Numbered from the stretch's first letter, positions 12,077 to 25,262 are shown. The stretch is 64,000 bases of DNA from Octopus bimaculoides (GCF_001194135.2 NC_069000.1:42704176-42768175); one strand, 5' to 3'. Numbers and translations: made by a program. Notes: a model not told the origin generated them from the letters alone.

Positions 12077-13625
12077 TTCAATATTGACAGATTTGTATTA
12101 CAAAACCAAGAATTTATACAAAGCTGTAAAATAAGTGCTCAAACTAGTTGAGACATAGGTACAAAGTTAATTGCAGAATAAAACCGTTAGGTCATCGACT
12201 AAAAAAGCCGTAGCCCACCAATGACCACATATAAGAAGTACAACATAAACCACAAAACCAAATTAGTAAAGGGAAGTCAAAATTTTATACATAAGAATAA
12301 AAAAATCGATTAAAAATACAATAGAATAATATAAATAAATAAATAAACTGCGATTAAAAGTTGATTAAAAATATTAGAGACCGGTACAAATACAGTAGAA
12401 TAAAAAAAATTTATATATAGAAAAAATATAGAGAAAATATAGAGAGAAAAAAAATAATACATAGGAAGACGTAGTACAACAGTTCATTCGCTGAGGCCAA
12501 TAAAAGAAGTTCAAGATAAATAGTACGAAAGTTCAACTACCTGCCTCATGACAGCAAATTTAGTTGGTAAAATCCAATTTCATAAACAGGAATACCGAAG
12601 CGCACGGGACAAAACAACAACAGAACATCCAATGGGTGGCAAAGTAAAATCCATATTTCACCATTCCACAGGTAACATCAGTAAAGTCAAACGATAAACA
12701 TCATTTACAGTGGATTACAAGTATAGGTGGAACACAAACACAGAACACCTATGGCCATTTCGGAGGTATATCACCGTATTTAGGGCACAATAGAGCACAA
12801 ATTGGTGATAATCTCTTCTTCATGGTAAGAAAAGACACACATACATCAACGAAGTCAAATACATTATAATTATGAGAGAAAGCTTAAATAAATATGGACT
12901 AGACCAAAAAAAAANNNNNNNNNNTATACCCTCTAGAATAGTCAGGCAGGTTTGGTAACTAAAGACTATTAGGTTTCAAATCCAACGTAAGCCATGATGA
13001 AAAATAAATAAAAGATAAATACTACCATTGTATCCATATTTTTATTATTATTTTAATATCAATATTTTTGTCTTTTTATTTTAATTTTTATTTCTATCAT
13101 TACCATTACTATCACCATTACTACCATTATTACCACTACTAATACTATTATTTTTGTTCTTATTTCTATTTTTATATAGTTTTAGGAAGGTGGAGGAAAA
13201 TTTATGATTGCAAAAAGGGATTACCTCGATAAACTTATTCAAGGTTTTCGGCCCAAAAGACCTAAGAATGGAAAGGGATTCCCTAATGCATAATAACCAC
13301 TTGCTAATATTAGCCCTAAATTGGGGGGTTCTAGATAAGATTGACCATTCAAGATAGTACTTCTTATTCCTCCTCTTGAGGTCATGCAGGTAAGAGGCGA
13401 GTGTTGTGGAATTATAATATTTCTCATTAGAAAAGGAATTCATGTGCGCCTTATACATGGCTTTAAAATTCACTGAACTTCCAATATAAAACTTATTTTG
13501 TTTGTCCTCGTCTCTAACTACGCATTTATACACTACGTTTGTGGACAAACAAAGTCCGCCGAGAGGACATAAAGAAGAGTCCCTACAATTACAAAATATT
13601 TTACGGCCACCCATAAAGTCATTAT
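12072..13625 (-). mobile_element. 5'-truncated Penelope-like retroelement (endonuclease plus putative 3' UTR) within (TA)n/(TG)n tracts
   Basis: GIY-YIG fragment abuts microsatellite at 13626; unique A-rich sequence continues to a (TA)n tract ending near 12071. Assignment of 12072-13080 to the element is inferred from continuity. Confidence 0.6.
13081..13623 (-). pseudogene. Penelope-like element GIY-YIG endonuclease (C-terminal ORF fragment)
   Basis: CNCRDSSLCPLGGLCLSTNVVYKCVV...KFYIGSSVNFKAMYKAHMNSF...TTLASYLHDLK...WSIL...LLCIRESLSI...LNKFIEVIPFCNHK matches the PLE Cys-rich linker plus GIY-YIG layout. The usual Arg (FKxR) reads Met and the CxLC Cys reads Trp. The first 32 ORF codons are microsatellite. 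Confidence 0.9.
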
Positions 13626-13628
13626 ATA

Positions 13629-13660
<32 letters not shown>

Positions 13661-13744
13661 CACATAAATATATATGTATGTATACTTACATATATATATA
13701 CATACAGACATACACACACATATATATATATGCATATATGTTTA

Positions 13745-14016
13745 TGTCAACCGACAGTTTGAGGACAAATACAGGCAAACAAATACATACATGTATATAT
13801 GGGGGAATTTACGAAAAAAACAACATATATATGTGTGTGTCTGTGTGTTTGTGTGTATGTATATACAGGCTTCTTTTCAGTTTCCGTCTAACAAAATGCA
13901 CACGAAGTCTTTAGTCGGATTGAGGCTATAGTAGATGTTATTTGCCCAAGGTTCCACGGAGTAGGACTGAACCTTGAATCATGTGGTTGGGAAGCAAGAT
14001 TCTTACCACACAACCG
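13745..14016 (-). mobile_element. SINE family B, head and core
   Basis: Reverse complement of the family B head (CCCAAGGTTCCACG...GACTGAACC...CTTACCACACA). Confidence 0.75.
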
Positions 14017-14404
14017 TGTGTGTGTGTGCATTACGTATGCACATACCTCCTTTATGAAACAGATACACACAGAGAAAAATAACAAATATTTAAGATTGTT
14101 GACTTAACGAACAATAAACTGGTTTGTTCTAAAAAATAAACAGCAACTAACGAAATATCTAAATCTGAAAAAAAAAAAAACTCAGACAGAGACGATTGCG
14201 TTTAATGCTACACGAAGAGGAAAAGCTAGAAGATCTTTTGAAGGTAGTTCTTGCGGAAGAGAAAGAGAAAGAAGACGGAATAATGACGAAAATGGAAAGA
14301 GAGATGGTATATGGGAGATCCATGATGGTAAAGGCTGATGCTTGTTGTGATAGTAAAATTCGGAATGAAGGGAGAGAGGGAGTTTGGAGAAAGTTATAGG
14401 CGAT

Positions 14405-14516
14405 TAGAGACAGGAGGATGGGCGAGAGAGAGAGAGAGAGAGAGTGTGTGAGTGTGAGGGAGAGAGTAAGTGAGAGAGAGAGAGAGAAAAAGAGAGGGTG
14501 AGAACGAGTGAGAATA

Positions 14517-14549
<33 letters not shown>

Positions 14550-14744
14550 GAAAGTGAGCGAGAGAAAATGTAGCAGTGAGTGAGTGAGAGAGAACGAACT
14601 AGAGGGAAACCGAAGGAGGAGAGAAAAACCAGAGATAGAAAGAGAAAGAGGGATAGAGAAGGAGAAGAGAGGGACGGGACTAGATGAGAGTGAGAGAGAG
14701 GGGGGAAGGCAAGGACTGGTGAAAAGTTGTTCGCTGAGAAATTC

Positions 14745-14779
<35 letters not shown>

Positions 14780-14825
14780 TGTGTGTGTGAATGTGTATGT
14801 GTGTGCGTGTGTATGTGTGTGCGTG
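14405..14825. repeat. (GA)n-rich, then (TA)n/(TG)n tract
   Basis: Seen directly. Confidence 0.9.
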
Positions 14826-15642
14826 CGGCTAAAATACTAGCGTAGCTTGGTTATTAAATAGACAGATTCAGCAGGACATAGACGATAAGTTACAAATATT
14901 GAAACCGATGTGGGTTCATCCGTATAAAACAGGTATCGAAAAGATCCATGGGTAAAAAAAGAGCTGAAAACGCCGATATCGAACTTATAAACGAATAAAC
15001 TGTAATTTCTTTTGTAACTCTGATTTATAACTGATCTAAAAACATTCTGATTACGGTAGCATTAGTCGTTCAGACTGCAGTAAAACTAACAAAGGTCCAA
15101 CTAGCACGAAATATCGATCTATTAACCGTTAAACACGATTGCAATCCCTAAGGAATTACACCCAGCCAATTATTGATGATGAAACCCAGAACTTCTTTCT
15201 TCTCCCATAATTATTAATTAATTAATTAATTAATTAATTTGTGAATAAATACGTTACTGAACATTCCGGAAATAACAGCTAAATCTCATTCAAATCATAT
15301 TTTACGGTCTTACGTAAAGAAACCTACGTAGAATAATGCAATAATAGACACGTTATGATTACAAAAATATACGGAACACATACGTATACATGAATGCACA
15401 TATACACTTACACATGAAGATGCAGGGCTATTAGGCTTAGAACGCTTTTGATCACATGTCTGCTGCAGCTGAACAATAATAACAATAACAGTATCACCAT
15501 CATCATCATAAATATCATCGCCGTGAAGAAGAAGAAAAACAAGAAAAACAGCAAGCTATAATCATATTCTCTGTGGTATGGGAAATAATAGTTTTTACCT
15601 TAATTAAGAAATGTACATTACCTGTATTACAGCAGATATTGG

Positions 15643-15714
<72 letters not shown>

Positions 15715-15806
15715 AATATATAGACACATGTCGATATATATGCGTATATATATATATATGTATGTCGATATTTGTGTGTGTGTGAATGCATATATATGTG
15801 TGTATT

Positions 15807-15840
<34 letters not shown>

Positions 15841-16132
15841 TAATTGATAGATAGAGAGATAGATTAGAATTGTGACGGCCAGAGCATGCGCCGTTGGTTC
15901 TGTTGCTCCACTAAAACTGCGGGAGACCCAAAATTACCTCAAGTCATTAATAATGAAATATATACACTATTCAGTGACTTATTTTGTATTCTGTAACACC
16001 CACAGACACACAAACACATCATTACATTCATATATGCATATATATATATATGTGTATGTGTATACACATATACATTTATGTATGCATATATATATATATG
16101 TGTGTATGTGTATACACATATGCATTTATGTA

Positions 16133-16193
<61 letters not shown>

Positions 16194-16775
16194 GCACATG
16201 TGAGTGTGTGTGTATGCACTAGTGGGGATTTGTATGTGTGCTTATATGTATGGGATCATGTAATCCTAGGCACAACACTAAGTTTCAAAAAAAGAAAATG
16301 GTTGTCGTATTCCTACTTGACGTAGTGTCAACGCGTGTGACCATGCAAAAGTTGCAGTTGTTAAACGTGAGTAGCGATGACAACTAGACCACAAATGCCA
16401 CCACCACCACCACCACCAACCACACCAGCAACAATACCTTCACTGCAACCACTGCTATAGCCACCATCTACCACTGATTTATCTCTTTCTATTTAACCCT
16501 ATCTATCTATCTATCTATTTTATGTCGATATTTTTTATATGTTTCACAAACAATACTTAGCACATAAGAACGAAACAAATAAAATTCCCCGAACTGTTAT
16601 CAGTGCGCGCATGCGCACAAACACACAAACACGTACATGTATAATTGTATATATATATGTATATATATATATATTTGCATATATATATATTTGCATATAT
16701 ATATATATTTACACACACACACATATGTATATACATATTTGCACACACAAACACACACATATATATGTGTGTGTG

Positions 16776-17514
16776 NNNNNNNNNNNNNNNNNNNNNNNNN
16801 NNNNNNNNNNNNNNNNNNNNNNNNNNNNNNNNNNNNNNNNNNNNNNNNNNNNNNNNNNNNNNNNNNNNNNNNNNNNNNNNNNNNNNNNNNNNNNNNNNNN
16901 NNNNNNNNNNNNNNNNNNNNNNNNNNNNNNNNNNNNNNNNNNNNNNNNNNNNNNNNNNNNNNNNNNNNNNNNNNNNNNNNNNNNNNNNNNNNNNNNNNNN
17001 NNNNNNNNNNNNNNNNNNNNNNNNNNNNNNNNNNNNNNNNNNNNNNNNNNNNNNNNNNNNNNNNNNNNNNNNNNNNNNNNNNNNNNNNNNNNNNNNNNNN
17101 NNNNNNNNNNNNNNNNNNNNNNNNNNNNNNNNNNNNNNNNNNNNNNNNNNNNNNNNNNNNNNNNNNNNNNNNNNNNNNNNNNNNNNNNNNNNNNNNNNNN
17201 NNNNNNNNNNNNNNNNNNNNNNNNNNNNNNNNNNNNNNNNNNNNNNNNNNNNNNNNNNNNNNNNNNNNNNNNNNNNNNNNNNNNNNNNNNNNNNNNNNNN
17301 NNNNNNNNNNNNNNNNNNNNNNNNNNNNNNNNNNNNNNNNNNNNNNNNNNNNNNNNNNNNNNNNNNNNNNNNNNNNNNNNNNNNNNNNNNNNNNNNNNNN
17401 NNNNNNNNNNNNNNNNNNNNNNNNNNNNNNNNNNNNNNNNNNNNNNNNNNNNNNNNNNNNNNNNNNNNNNNNNNNNNNNNNNNNNNNNNNNNNNNNNNNN
17501 NNNNNNNNNNNNNN
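16776..17514. other. Assembly gap (one of about 20 N-runs; other large ones at 28921-29691 and 56640-57284)
   Basis: N runs; most are flanked by microsatellites. Confidence 0.98.
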
Positions 17515-17858
17515 ATATTAATGTATACATATATATATTATGTGTATGTCTATATATGTATTAATATATATATTAATGTATACATATATATATTATATGT
17601 ATGTCTATATATGCATTAATATATATATATTAATGTATACACATATGTATGCCTTCACTATATGCCAATATTGTTAGTGATAATACGCAATTCTTGAGCG
17701 CATGAAAAAGTTTTCCAAAGAATATGTCTGAATAATCTTTGAAAAAACCCGAAATCCATTTCCTGAAATTCTCTGTGGCATGCAAATAACAGCTCCAAGA
17801 CAAATGACTTCGATGAATTGACGTGGCATCATTACATAAAGTAATTCATTGATCCGTT

Positions 17859-18718
17859 TATTGTGTGGAGTCAAAAGCTTTGCCGTATTTTGGTAACTTA
17901 TTTTCTTTATTTCTCAAGTTACAAGAAAAGCAGCTAAGCATTTTAAGTGGACTTAAAGTTGTGCCGTCTGAAGTGACACTTCTGCCAGTTCTTTAATTCC
18001 AAAACTGTTACCAGCTCTTGTCCTTCGAGGCAAAGAACGCTTTCTCGGAAGCTTCTATGTCGTCTTGGTCGATGAAGCGTCGCGAGCACAGGAAGTGAGC
18101 AACCATGGATCGGGAAAAAGTAATAATCCAAGGGAAGGATTTTTTACAATCCTTACGTGCATAAGGAATGGTTAATAAAGGGCCAGCATCCAGAACCTCT
18201 TACCAGATACGGACGTTTCGAACACAAAGTGAAGCTCTGCGTCAGGTGGAATTATGAGGCGATAATTCACTATGAGTTCATTTGGATGGTCAAACCATCG
18301 CTTCCAACTTGTGTACCGAACAGCTGGTGTGGATGTAGGCATTGTGAGTCAAAAATAACACAAGGTGGGTTCTCCTGCTGCAAGACAACGCAAGACCTCA
18401 TGCCGCTGGAACTTCCCGGAATAAGCTACACCCGGAATGAGCTACACCCGGAATAATCACATAAACAGGACCTAGCTCCTTCCGATTATTTCCAATCCAT
18501 GTCTCACTTCTTGTGTTCTTGACGCTTCGTCAACCAAGAGAAGGACAAGATCAGGCCTTAACATGGAATCGAAGAACTAGCAGAAAGGTGACTCCAGACG
18601 GTGCAACATGATGGCCATTCCGTTGAAAGCTAGGCTGCTTTAGATGTAACTTGACAGTAAAACAAATAAGCTGTCATTCAATAACGGTATAACCGTAGAG
18701 TGTTCAACCAAATTAATA
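17859..18718 (+). mobile_element. Internally deleted mariner transposon
   Basis: Transposase remnants GRFEHKVKLCVRWNYEAIIHYEF (about 18210-18280), VLLLQDNARPHAA (18369-18407), DLAPSDY and EELAER*LQTVQHDG. TA plus TIR-like ...GTCAAAAGCTTTGCCGTATTTT at left and a decayed TIR at right. Confidence 0.88.
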
Positions 18719-19758
18719 CGTATTATTTTGTTCATTATGCGGTAATATTAGTTCGATTTCACTTTCGATCGAAATTTTATCATTCATTCATTACCTTCTT
18801 CATTCAAACCTTATCATTGTGGGACAATGCTCTGATACATGACCATGCTTTATAATTTTTTCTCTACTTCCTTTCTCTCATTCTCTTTCTTTTCCTATCT
18901 ATCTATCTATCTATCTATCGCACTGTCGATCAATCTGCCCCCTCGTTATCCCTCGAGCTATTCGTCAATCCATCTAATACCTCTCTGTCAGTTTTTATGC
19001 CGATGTATCTTTCAATCCGTAATTCAATCTCTGTTTTATATCTGCCACGAAAATGATACTTAATATTCAAGCTGGGAACAAATAGAATTCCGTGAATTGC
19101 TTTCAGTACGTATAATTAACACACACACACACACACCCACACACACACACACACACACAATTACATGTATATATATATATATATGTGTGTGCGTGTGTGT
19201 GAATATGTGTTCTTGTCTATGTGAACGCGTGTGTGTGTGTAAATATGTATATGCATATGTGAGTGAGGAAATGTGTGTGTGTGTGTGTGTGTGCGTGTGT
19301 GAATAAGGAATTTATTCCAACAATAGTTTACTTTATGCAACGCTTAAATTCTTGGATCTGTTGACAAATATTCCATCCTAAAGGATCGCATACACATGAA
19401 ACCAGTAAATAATCTCCATTAATTATTTGTGGTGAGCAAACAAACGTTTATTCGCAAGCCATCTGCATCTAAAGATTTCACGAGATGTTAATGGAACAAA
19501 ACAATGTCTGGATCAATTTATGTCACTCTACGTTTATCAATTGAATAAATATGTATTCCTCTTTATACACAATTGTATTAGATTTTGTTAATCTCATAAC
19601 AATAGGAGTGAAATCTTCCGTTGTTTCTAGATTTCTCCTTCGTTTGTATTACCTCCCAGCAATTTCATTACCAGAGCTGGCCCCTGTTGTATAGCTGCAC
19701 CGTTATCTATCTATCTATCTATCTATATGCATATATATATATATATATATATATATAG

Positions 19759-20317
19759 GCGCAGGAGTGGCTGTGTGGTAATTAGCTTGGTTCTGGGTTC
19801 AGTCCCACTGCGTGGCACCTTGGGCAAGTGTCTTCTACTATAGCCTCGGGGCCGACCAAAGCCTTGTGAGTGGATTTGGTAGACGGAGAACTGAAAGAAG
19901 CCTGCCGTATATATATATTTATATATATGTGTGTGTGTATTTGGTTGTGTGTCTGTNNNNNNNNNNNNNNNNNNNNNNNNNNNNNNNNNNNNNNNNNNNN
20001 NNNNNNNNNNNNNNNNNNNNNNNNNNNNNNNNNNNNNNNNNNNNNNNNNNNNNNNNNNNNNNNNNNNNNNNNNNNNNNNNNNNNNNNNNNNNNNNNNNNN
20101 NNNNNNNNNNNNNNNNNNNNNNNNNNNNNNNNNNNNNNNNNNNNNNNNNNNNNNNNNNNNNNNNNNNNNNNNNNNNNNNNNNNACTTAGCGGTTTGGCAA
20201 AAGAGACCGACAGAATAAGTACTAGGCTTCCAAAGAATTAGTCCTGGGGTCCATTTGCTCGACTAAAGGCGGTGCTCCAGAATGGCCACAGTCAAATGCC
20301 TGAAACAAGTAAAAGAG

Positions 20318-20319
<2 letters not shown>
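19759..20319 (+). mobile_element. tRNA-derived SINE, family B (internal microsatellite; spans a gap)
   Basis: GGCGCAGGAGTGGCTGTGTGGT...GGGTTCAGTCCCACTGCGTGGCACCTTGGGCAAGTG head and ...CTAAAGGCGGTGCTCCAG...GAAACAAGTAAAAGAG tail. Confidence 0.9.
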
Positions 20320-20360
<41 letters not shown>

Positions 20361-21557
20361 ACTGAGCGTACATGATAGGCTGTGGCTTCTACTTGCAATG
20401 CAAGTGAACGAGATAATGCCATCCTCGTCAATTCAAAATCTCAAATATTCAGTTAATAATTTCTTTAAACATTCGTCTATAATAACTGAAACGATGCTTG
20501 TATCATCAATAAAGAATGTTTTAATCCAAGACAGCAATATCAATAAACGCCGCCTATCTCTTAATTTTTGTTCGATATCAGCGTTATCAATGACACATCG
20601 ACAATATTTACTTGAGAAGGGACTGTGTAATGGAATAACATTTGTTTTATTAATGACAGCGAACGAATACAGAAGTGAAGGATCCTTATTTTCTATTTCA
20701 CGGTCTGTCATTGTCTCGTAACATAAAAAAAGGGGAAAAATTATACTGTTTCTCGTTTATTTTATTTTATTATCACAATCTGTTCCATTAAGAAACGTGT
20801 AAAGGGTTGGATAGAAGAGCAACATGTATGGAATAACAATATTTCAATGATTTTTAAGCACAGTTATTCATCATAATGTTCTACCATTGAAGGACAGAAC
20901 AAAATGGCTACATTTTCCGTCTGTTTTTGTATGTTATTTTGCCTTACTTTATTTCTTACTGTTTCTCTCGAAAACTATTGAATTTTTGGCATTCTTTTAG
21001 AATTGTAAGGCTTTCGAAATAATATTTTGTTCTCTCTCTTTTAATTTGTAATTCCTTTTCTTCACTCTAACCCTTTGTAACACCTCTTAATTTCTTTACA
21101 ATACCTTTCAAGAAAAGATTCTGGCAAAAAGCTTTCAAAATTTGAAAGTGAAAGAGGTAAAAAAAGAAAAATTATAAAACTTCTACACATCCTCCTCTTA
21201 CTTCTTTTTCTCCTCTTTTCCTCCTCTTTCTTTCTTCTTTTTCTTCTACATCTTCATCATCATCATCTTCTTGTTCTTCTTGTTCTTTTTCATCTTTCTT
21301 CATAAATCTTTCTTCTTTTCCGCCTCCTTCTCATCCTTCCTCCTCATCATTTTCTTCATTTTCTTCTTTTTCTTCTGTATCTTCTTCAACTTCTACTTCA
21401 TCATCATCCTTAGTTGTTGTTATAGTAATATTAGTAATAGTAGTAGTAATAAAAACACTATTCTTATTGCTATTGTTTTTTCATTATTGTTTCGCTATTA
21501 TTACTGTTATCATTATCATCATTATAACTAATTCCATAATGACATATGTTGCTGTTG

Positions 21558-21588
<31 letters not shown>

Positions 21589-21746
21589 CGTTTCTGTTAT
21601 TATTACAATACATTCTTGTGCTTTTTTTTTGGTTGTGTGTTATGTATTATGGTTGTTGTTGTTGCTGATGATGTCGATCGAATGAAGCAAAATGAAAGGA
21701 AAAAATGGTAAATACAAGAAAAAAGGGGGTAAGAAAAAGAAAGAGA

Positions 21747-21782
<36 letters not shown>

Positions 21783-21954
21783 TCTCATATTCATATACCT
21801 CTGGGTAGCAATCACCATAGTTATATTATAAGTACACATATAAACACCTTTACACTCACTAAAGGTGTCTTTACTCGTGGATACACTAGCACACAATTTC
21901 GCACAAATATATGTAAATAAGAACATTCGTATAAGAATACATACGCATATATAC

Positions 21955-22472
21955 ATGCCTACTCAAACAGATATGCATGTATACGTATATGTATGTACTT
22001 ATGTTTGGACATGTATGTATTCACGCTCACAACACACACGCGCGCATACACACATACATGTATTCAACATACAGAACATGCATACATTTATACACATATG
22101 CCTTCTTCCGTACATGCGTATTTATTATTCACACAATTATAAGGATGTATATACATGTGTTTAGGAACGTGCGTGTGTATCTGCGGCATCTCTACTCGTG
22201 AATACAGCAGCGTACAATATCGCACAAACATATAAAAATATATGTATATGCACCTATATGTGCATTCATATCAGCATACTTGTGCATGTTTACTCAAATA
22301 GATATGCATGTGTACATATATATATGTAGTTATATTTGGATACGTATGTATATGTGCACACAATTTATTCAACATACAAAACGCGCATACTTTCATACAG
22401 ATTCCCAAGCCTTCTTGTGAACATACGTAATTATTATTCACACAATGGATAGGATGTCTATATACATGCGTG
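21955..22472. repeat. Diverged direct duplication, period about 330 bp
   Basis: ACTCAAA.AGATATGCATG...TTCAACATACA...GCCTTCTT...TTATTATTCACACAAT...AGGATGT at 21955-22160 and 22285-22472. Confidence 0.75.
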
Positions 22473-22569
22473 TATTCATGGTCGGTGAGGGTTACTTTCC
22501 ACTCAATTTCTGTCTGCATGTGAGTGAGTGAGTGAGTGAGTGAGTGAGTGAGTGAGTGAGTGAGTGAGT

Positions 22570-22622
<53 letters not shown>

Positions 22623-22805
22623 TAATTAAATTAAATTCTACAGTGGATGATAGTCAAGTAGTTAATTTCGTACGCATTGTAAGGGAATAAATTCGTTGTT
22701 GCTTGTAATGTAAAAACAATGTTATACGTAGATATATACATACATATGTATATATGCGTACGTACGTACAAACACATACACGCATATATATATATATATA
22801 TATAT

Positions 22806-23065
22806 AAAAGTCTTTCTTACATACATATATATATATATACATACATACATATATAAAAGTCTTTCTTACATACATATATATATATATACATGCATATATA
22901 AAAGTCTTTCTTACATACATATATATATATACATACATACATATATAAAAGTCTTTCTTACATACATATATATACATACATACATACATACATAAAAGTC
23001 TTTCTTACATACATATATATACATACATACATACATACATAAAAGTCTTTCTTACATACATATAT
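22806..23065. repeat. Tandem array, 6 units of about 45 bp
   Basis: Invariant AAAAGTCTTTCTTACATAC followed by variable (AT)/(ACAT)n spacers. Confidence 0.92.
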
Positions 23066-23083
23066 ATACATACATACATACAC

Positions 23084-23154
<71 letters not shown>

Positions 23155-23156
<2 letters not shown>

Positions 23157-23370
23157 TCAAGGGACATAATAAATATGTTTAGCTGCTAGAAATAAGGGTC
23201 AAATTTCTTATTTAAATCTAAATTGCCAAAATGCACTGATAATAACTACAGAAATCAACCGACCAAAACCAAAAAGGGCTAGTAGTTATTATCAGTGTAT
23301 TTTAATGACTTAAAAGAGGTTTTTGACTGTTATTTCCAGCAGCTAAACATACTTAGGTTGTCCCTTGATT
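23155..23370. mobile_element. Short MITE with about 45-bp inverted arms (TGCTAGAAATA-related)
   Basis: AAGGGACA...TATGTTTAGCTGCTAGAAATAAGGGTCAAA versus TTTGACTGTTATTTCCAGCAGCTAAACATA...TGTCCCTT. Confidence 0.7.
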
Positions 23371-25060
23371 AAATTTAATCCTTTAGATATTTAATACTTT
23401 TTGAGGGCCTGCAATCACTTATATTATTGATTTTGTTATCATTTTTAAATTGTTACACTAGATAATCATAGAGTCAATGGTACCTTAGCAAATTATTCCT
23501 ACTTGAATTATTTTTCTCGTGTATTATTTGCTCCACATATAGCAAAACATATTAAGCAACACTAATAATACATGAAAAACCATAAAAATATACAAGCTTT
23601 TATAGATATTTCAAAAATATGATGCTATGATTTTAGATGTTTCTATTATTTTGTCCAACCCCTGTATATATAACAAAGAAAATAGAGAGTTTGAACACAG
23701 CACATTTAGTTTATTTACATAATGGTCAATTCCTTAACGCCTACGCATGTTTCAATATCCACGTTCATTCATATTTTACAATTAAAAATCGCATTATTGA
23801 TTTGGAAGGTAAAAATCTGTTCAAGACAAAAGTTGACATATTGACTTACATCCTATTAGATGTAGTGTTCACATGTGTGTGTATGTGTGTATGTGTGTGT
23901 GTGTGTGTGTATATGTATTCATGTACGTAGATATAAATAAGTAAATGAGGTTGTGGATAGTTATGTAAACTCTAATCAAGTGAGATAGATACAAGAATTG
24001 TTTGGGGGCGAGACAAATAGAGATAGCTAGCTAGCTAGCTAGATAGATAGATAGAGAGATAGGCAGAGAGACAGAGATAGAAAGAAAGAGAGTAAAAGAA
24101 GGGGAGAGAAAAAGAAATAAGAGATATTAGACTGAACAAAGTAGTAGAGCAAAGAAGAGAAAAATGTTCAAGAGGATATATGGTAGATTTAGCTGGAAAA
24201 TTAAAATTTTAATGTGATTTCGGATAAAAAGAGAGACAATTGCACGTTTAACATAATGTCTCCTTGTTTCATATTGATAGTGGAAAGAGAGAGAGAGGGA
24301 GAGAGAGAGAGAGTGAGAGAGAGAGTGAGTAAAAGTAGGTGAGAGGATGGATTTGTGTTAGTGCGTCTGTGTGTGTGTGTGTGTGTGTGCTACCGTTTTG
24401 AGTTTGTATGCGTTTGTGTATGTTTTTCGCATCTGTATGTGTATGTATCTGTGTCAATTAGTATGGGTGTGTGTGTATGATTGCGATTGTTTTGTTCTTC
24501 TTAGAGTGATGGTGATGGAGATGATGGAGGTGGTGCGGGATGGTGGGGTAGTGTTGTTGCATCTGACATATTTAGTAACAGCAGCAGTAGCAGTAGTAGC
24601 AGTGGAAGAGAATTAATAAACGATGAGCGTGCTAAAGATTTTGGTGCTGTAGCTTCTAGTGGTAATGTCGTTGGTAATATTGGTTGTGGTGGTGGTTGTA
24701 GTGACGATGGTGTTGTTGTTGTTGTTGGAGATGGTAGTATTGGTGATGTGGCGTTACGTTTTCTTGTGGGGTAGTTTGCATGGGTTGTTAAAATATTATG
24801 GCTGTTGATGTCCAAGGAGCTGAACAAAAATACTGGCAAAATTGATGAGAAAATGTGAAAACGAACGACAAAATACTGTGTGTGCTTTGTAGGGACATAA
24901 ATGTATATGACAAGTCCAGAGAGGTGGGTTAACTCCTGCTGGATTCGAACCAAAATATGAGCCTGCACTCTTTTACGTTTACAAAAATGAATGCTTTTCA
25001 TTGTAGATCTATCTATCTAGCTAGCCATCAACATATTTCACTCTCTCTCTCTCTCTTTCT

Positions 25061-25099
25061 CAGACTGATGACGAGCAAAGACTCAGAAACATGTCTCTG
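25061..25099 (+). ncRNA. Minimal type I hammerhead ribozyme (near-canonical)
   Basis: CAGA-CTGATGA-C GAG CAAAGA CTC A-GAAA-CATG-TC-TCTG. Stem I CAGA/TCTG, intact boxes, stem II GAG/CTC with a C-A mismatch at the closing pair, palindromic stem III ACATGT, GUC triplet with predicted cut after 25095. Confidence 0.72.
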
Positions 25100-25262
25100 G
25101 ATGCAGACTTAGCTAAGTGGAGGTGCTTGTCTCCCCCTTGTAAACATAAATAGACAGGAAATGTGTCAAGGCCGACAGGAAGCGGTGCAGCTTCCGAGGA
25201 CTAAATAGCAGTAGTATTATTCCCTTCATGGGATTGTCAGATTAAGCTGACAGCATACAACT

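Noticed and set aside
12072-13080. Hammerhead expected in the PLE 3' region
   Set aside because: Manual scan of both strands found no CTGANGA...GAAA arrangement; a short gap at about 12915 could hide little.
22806-23065. CRISPR-like repeat/spacer appearance
   Set aside because: Spacers are microsatellite, the context is eukaryotic and there are no cas genes.
25064-25155. Exon reading TDDEQRLRNMSLDADLAKWR after a (CT)n acceptor
   Set aside because: The hammerhead fold explains the sequence better, there is no good donor, and the pyrimidine tract is a microsatellite.
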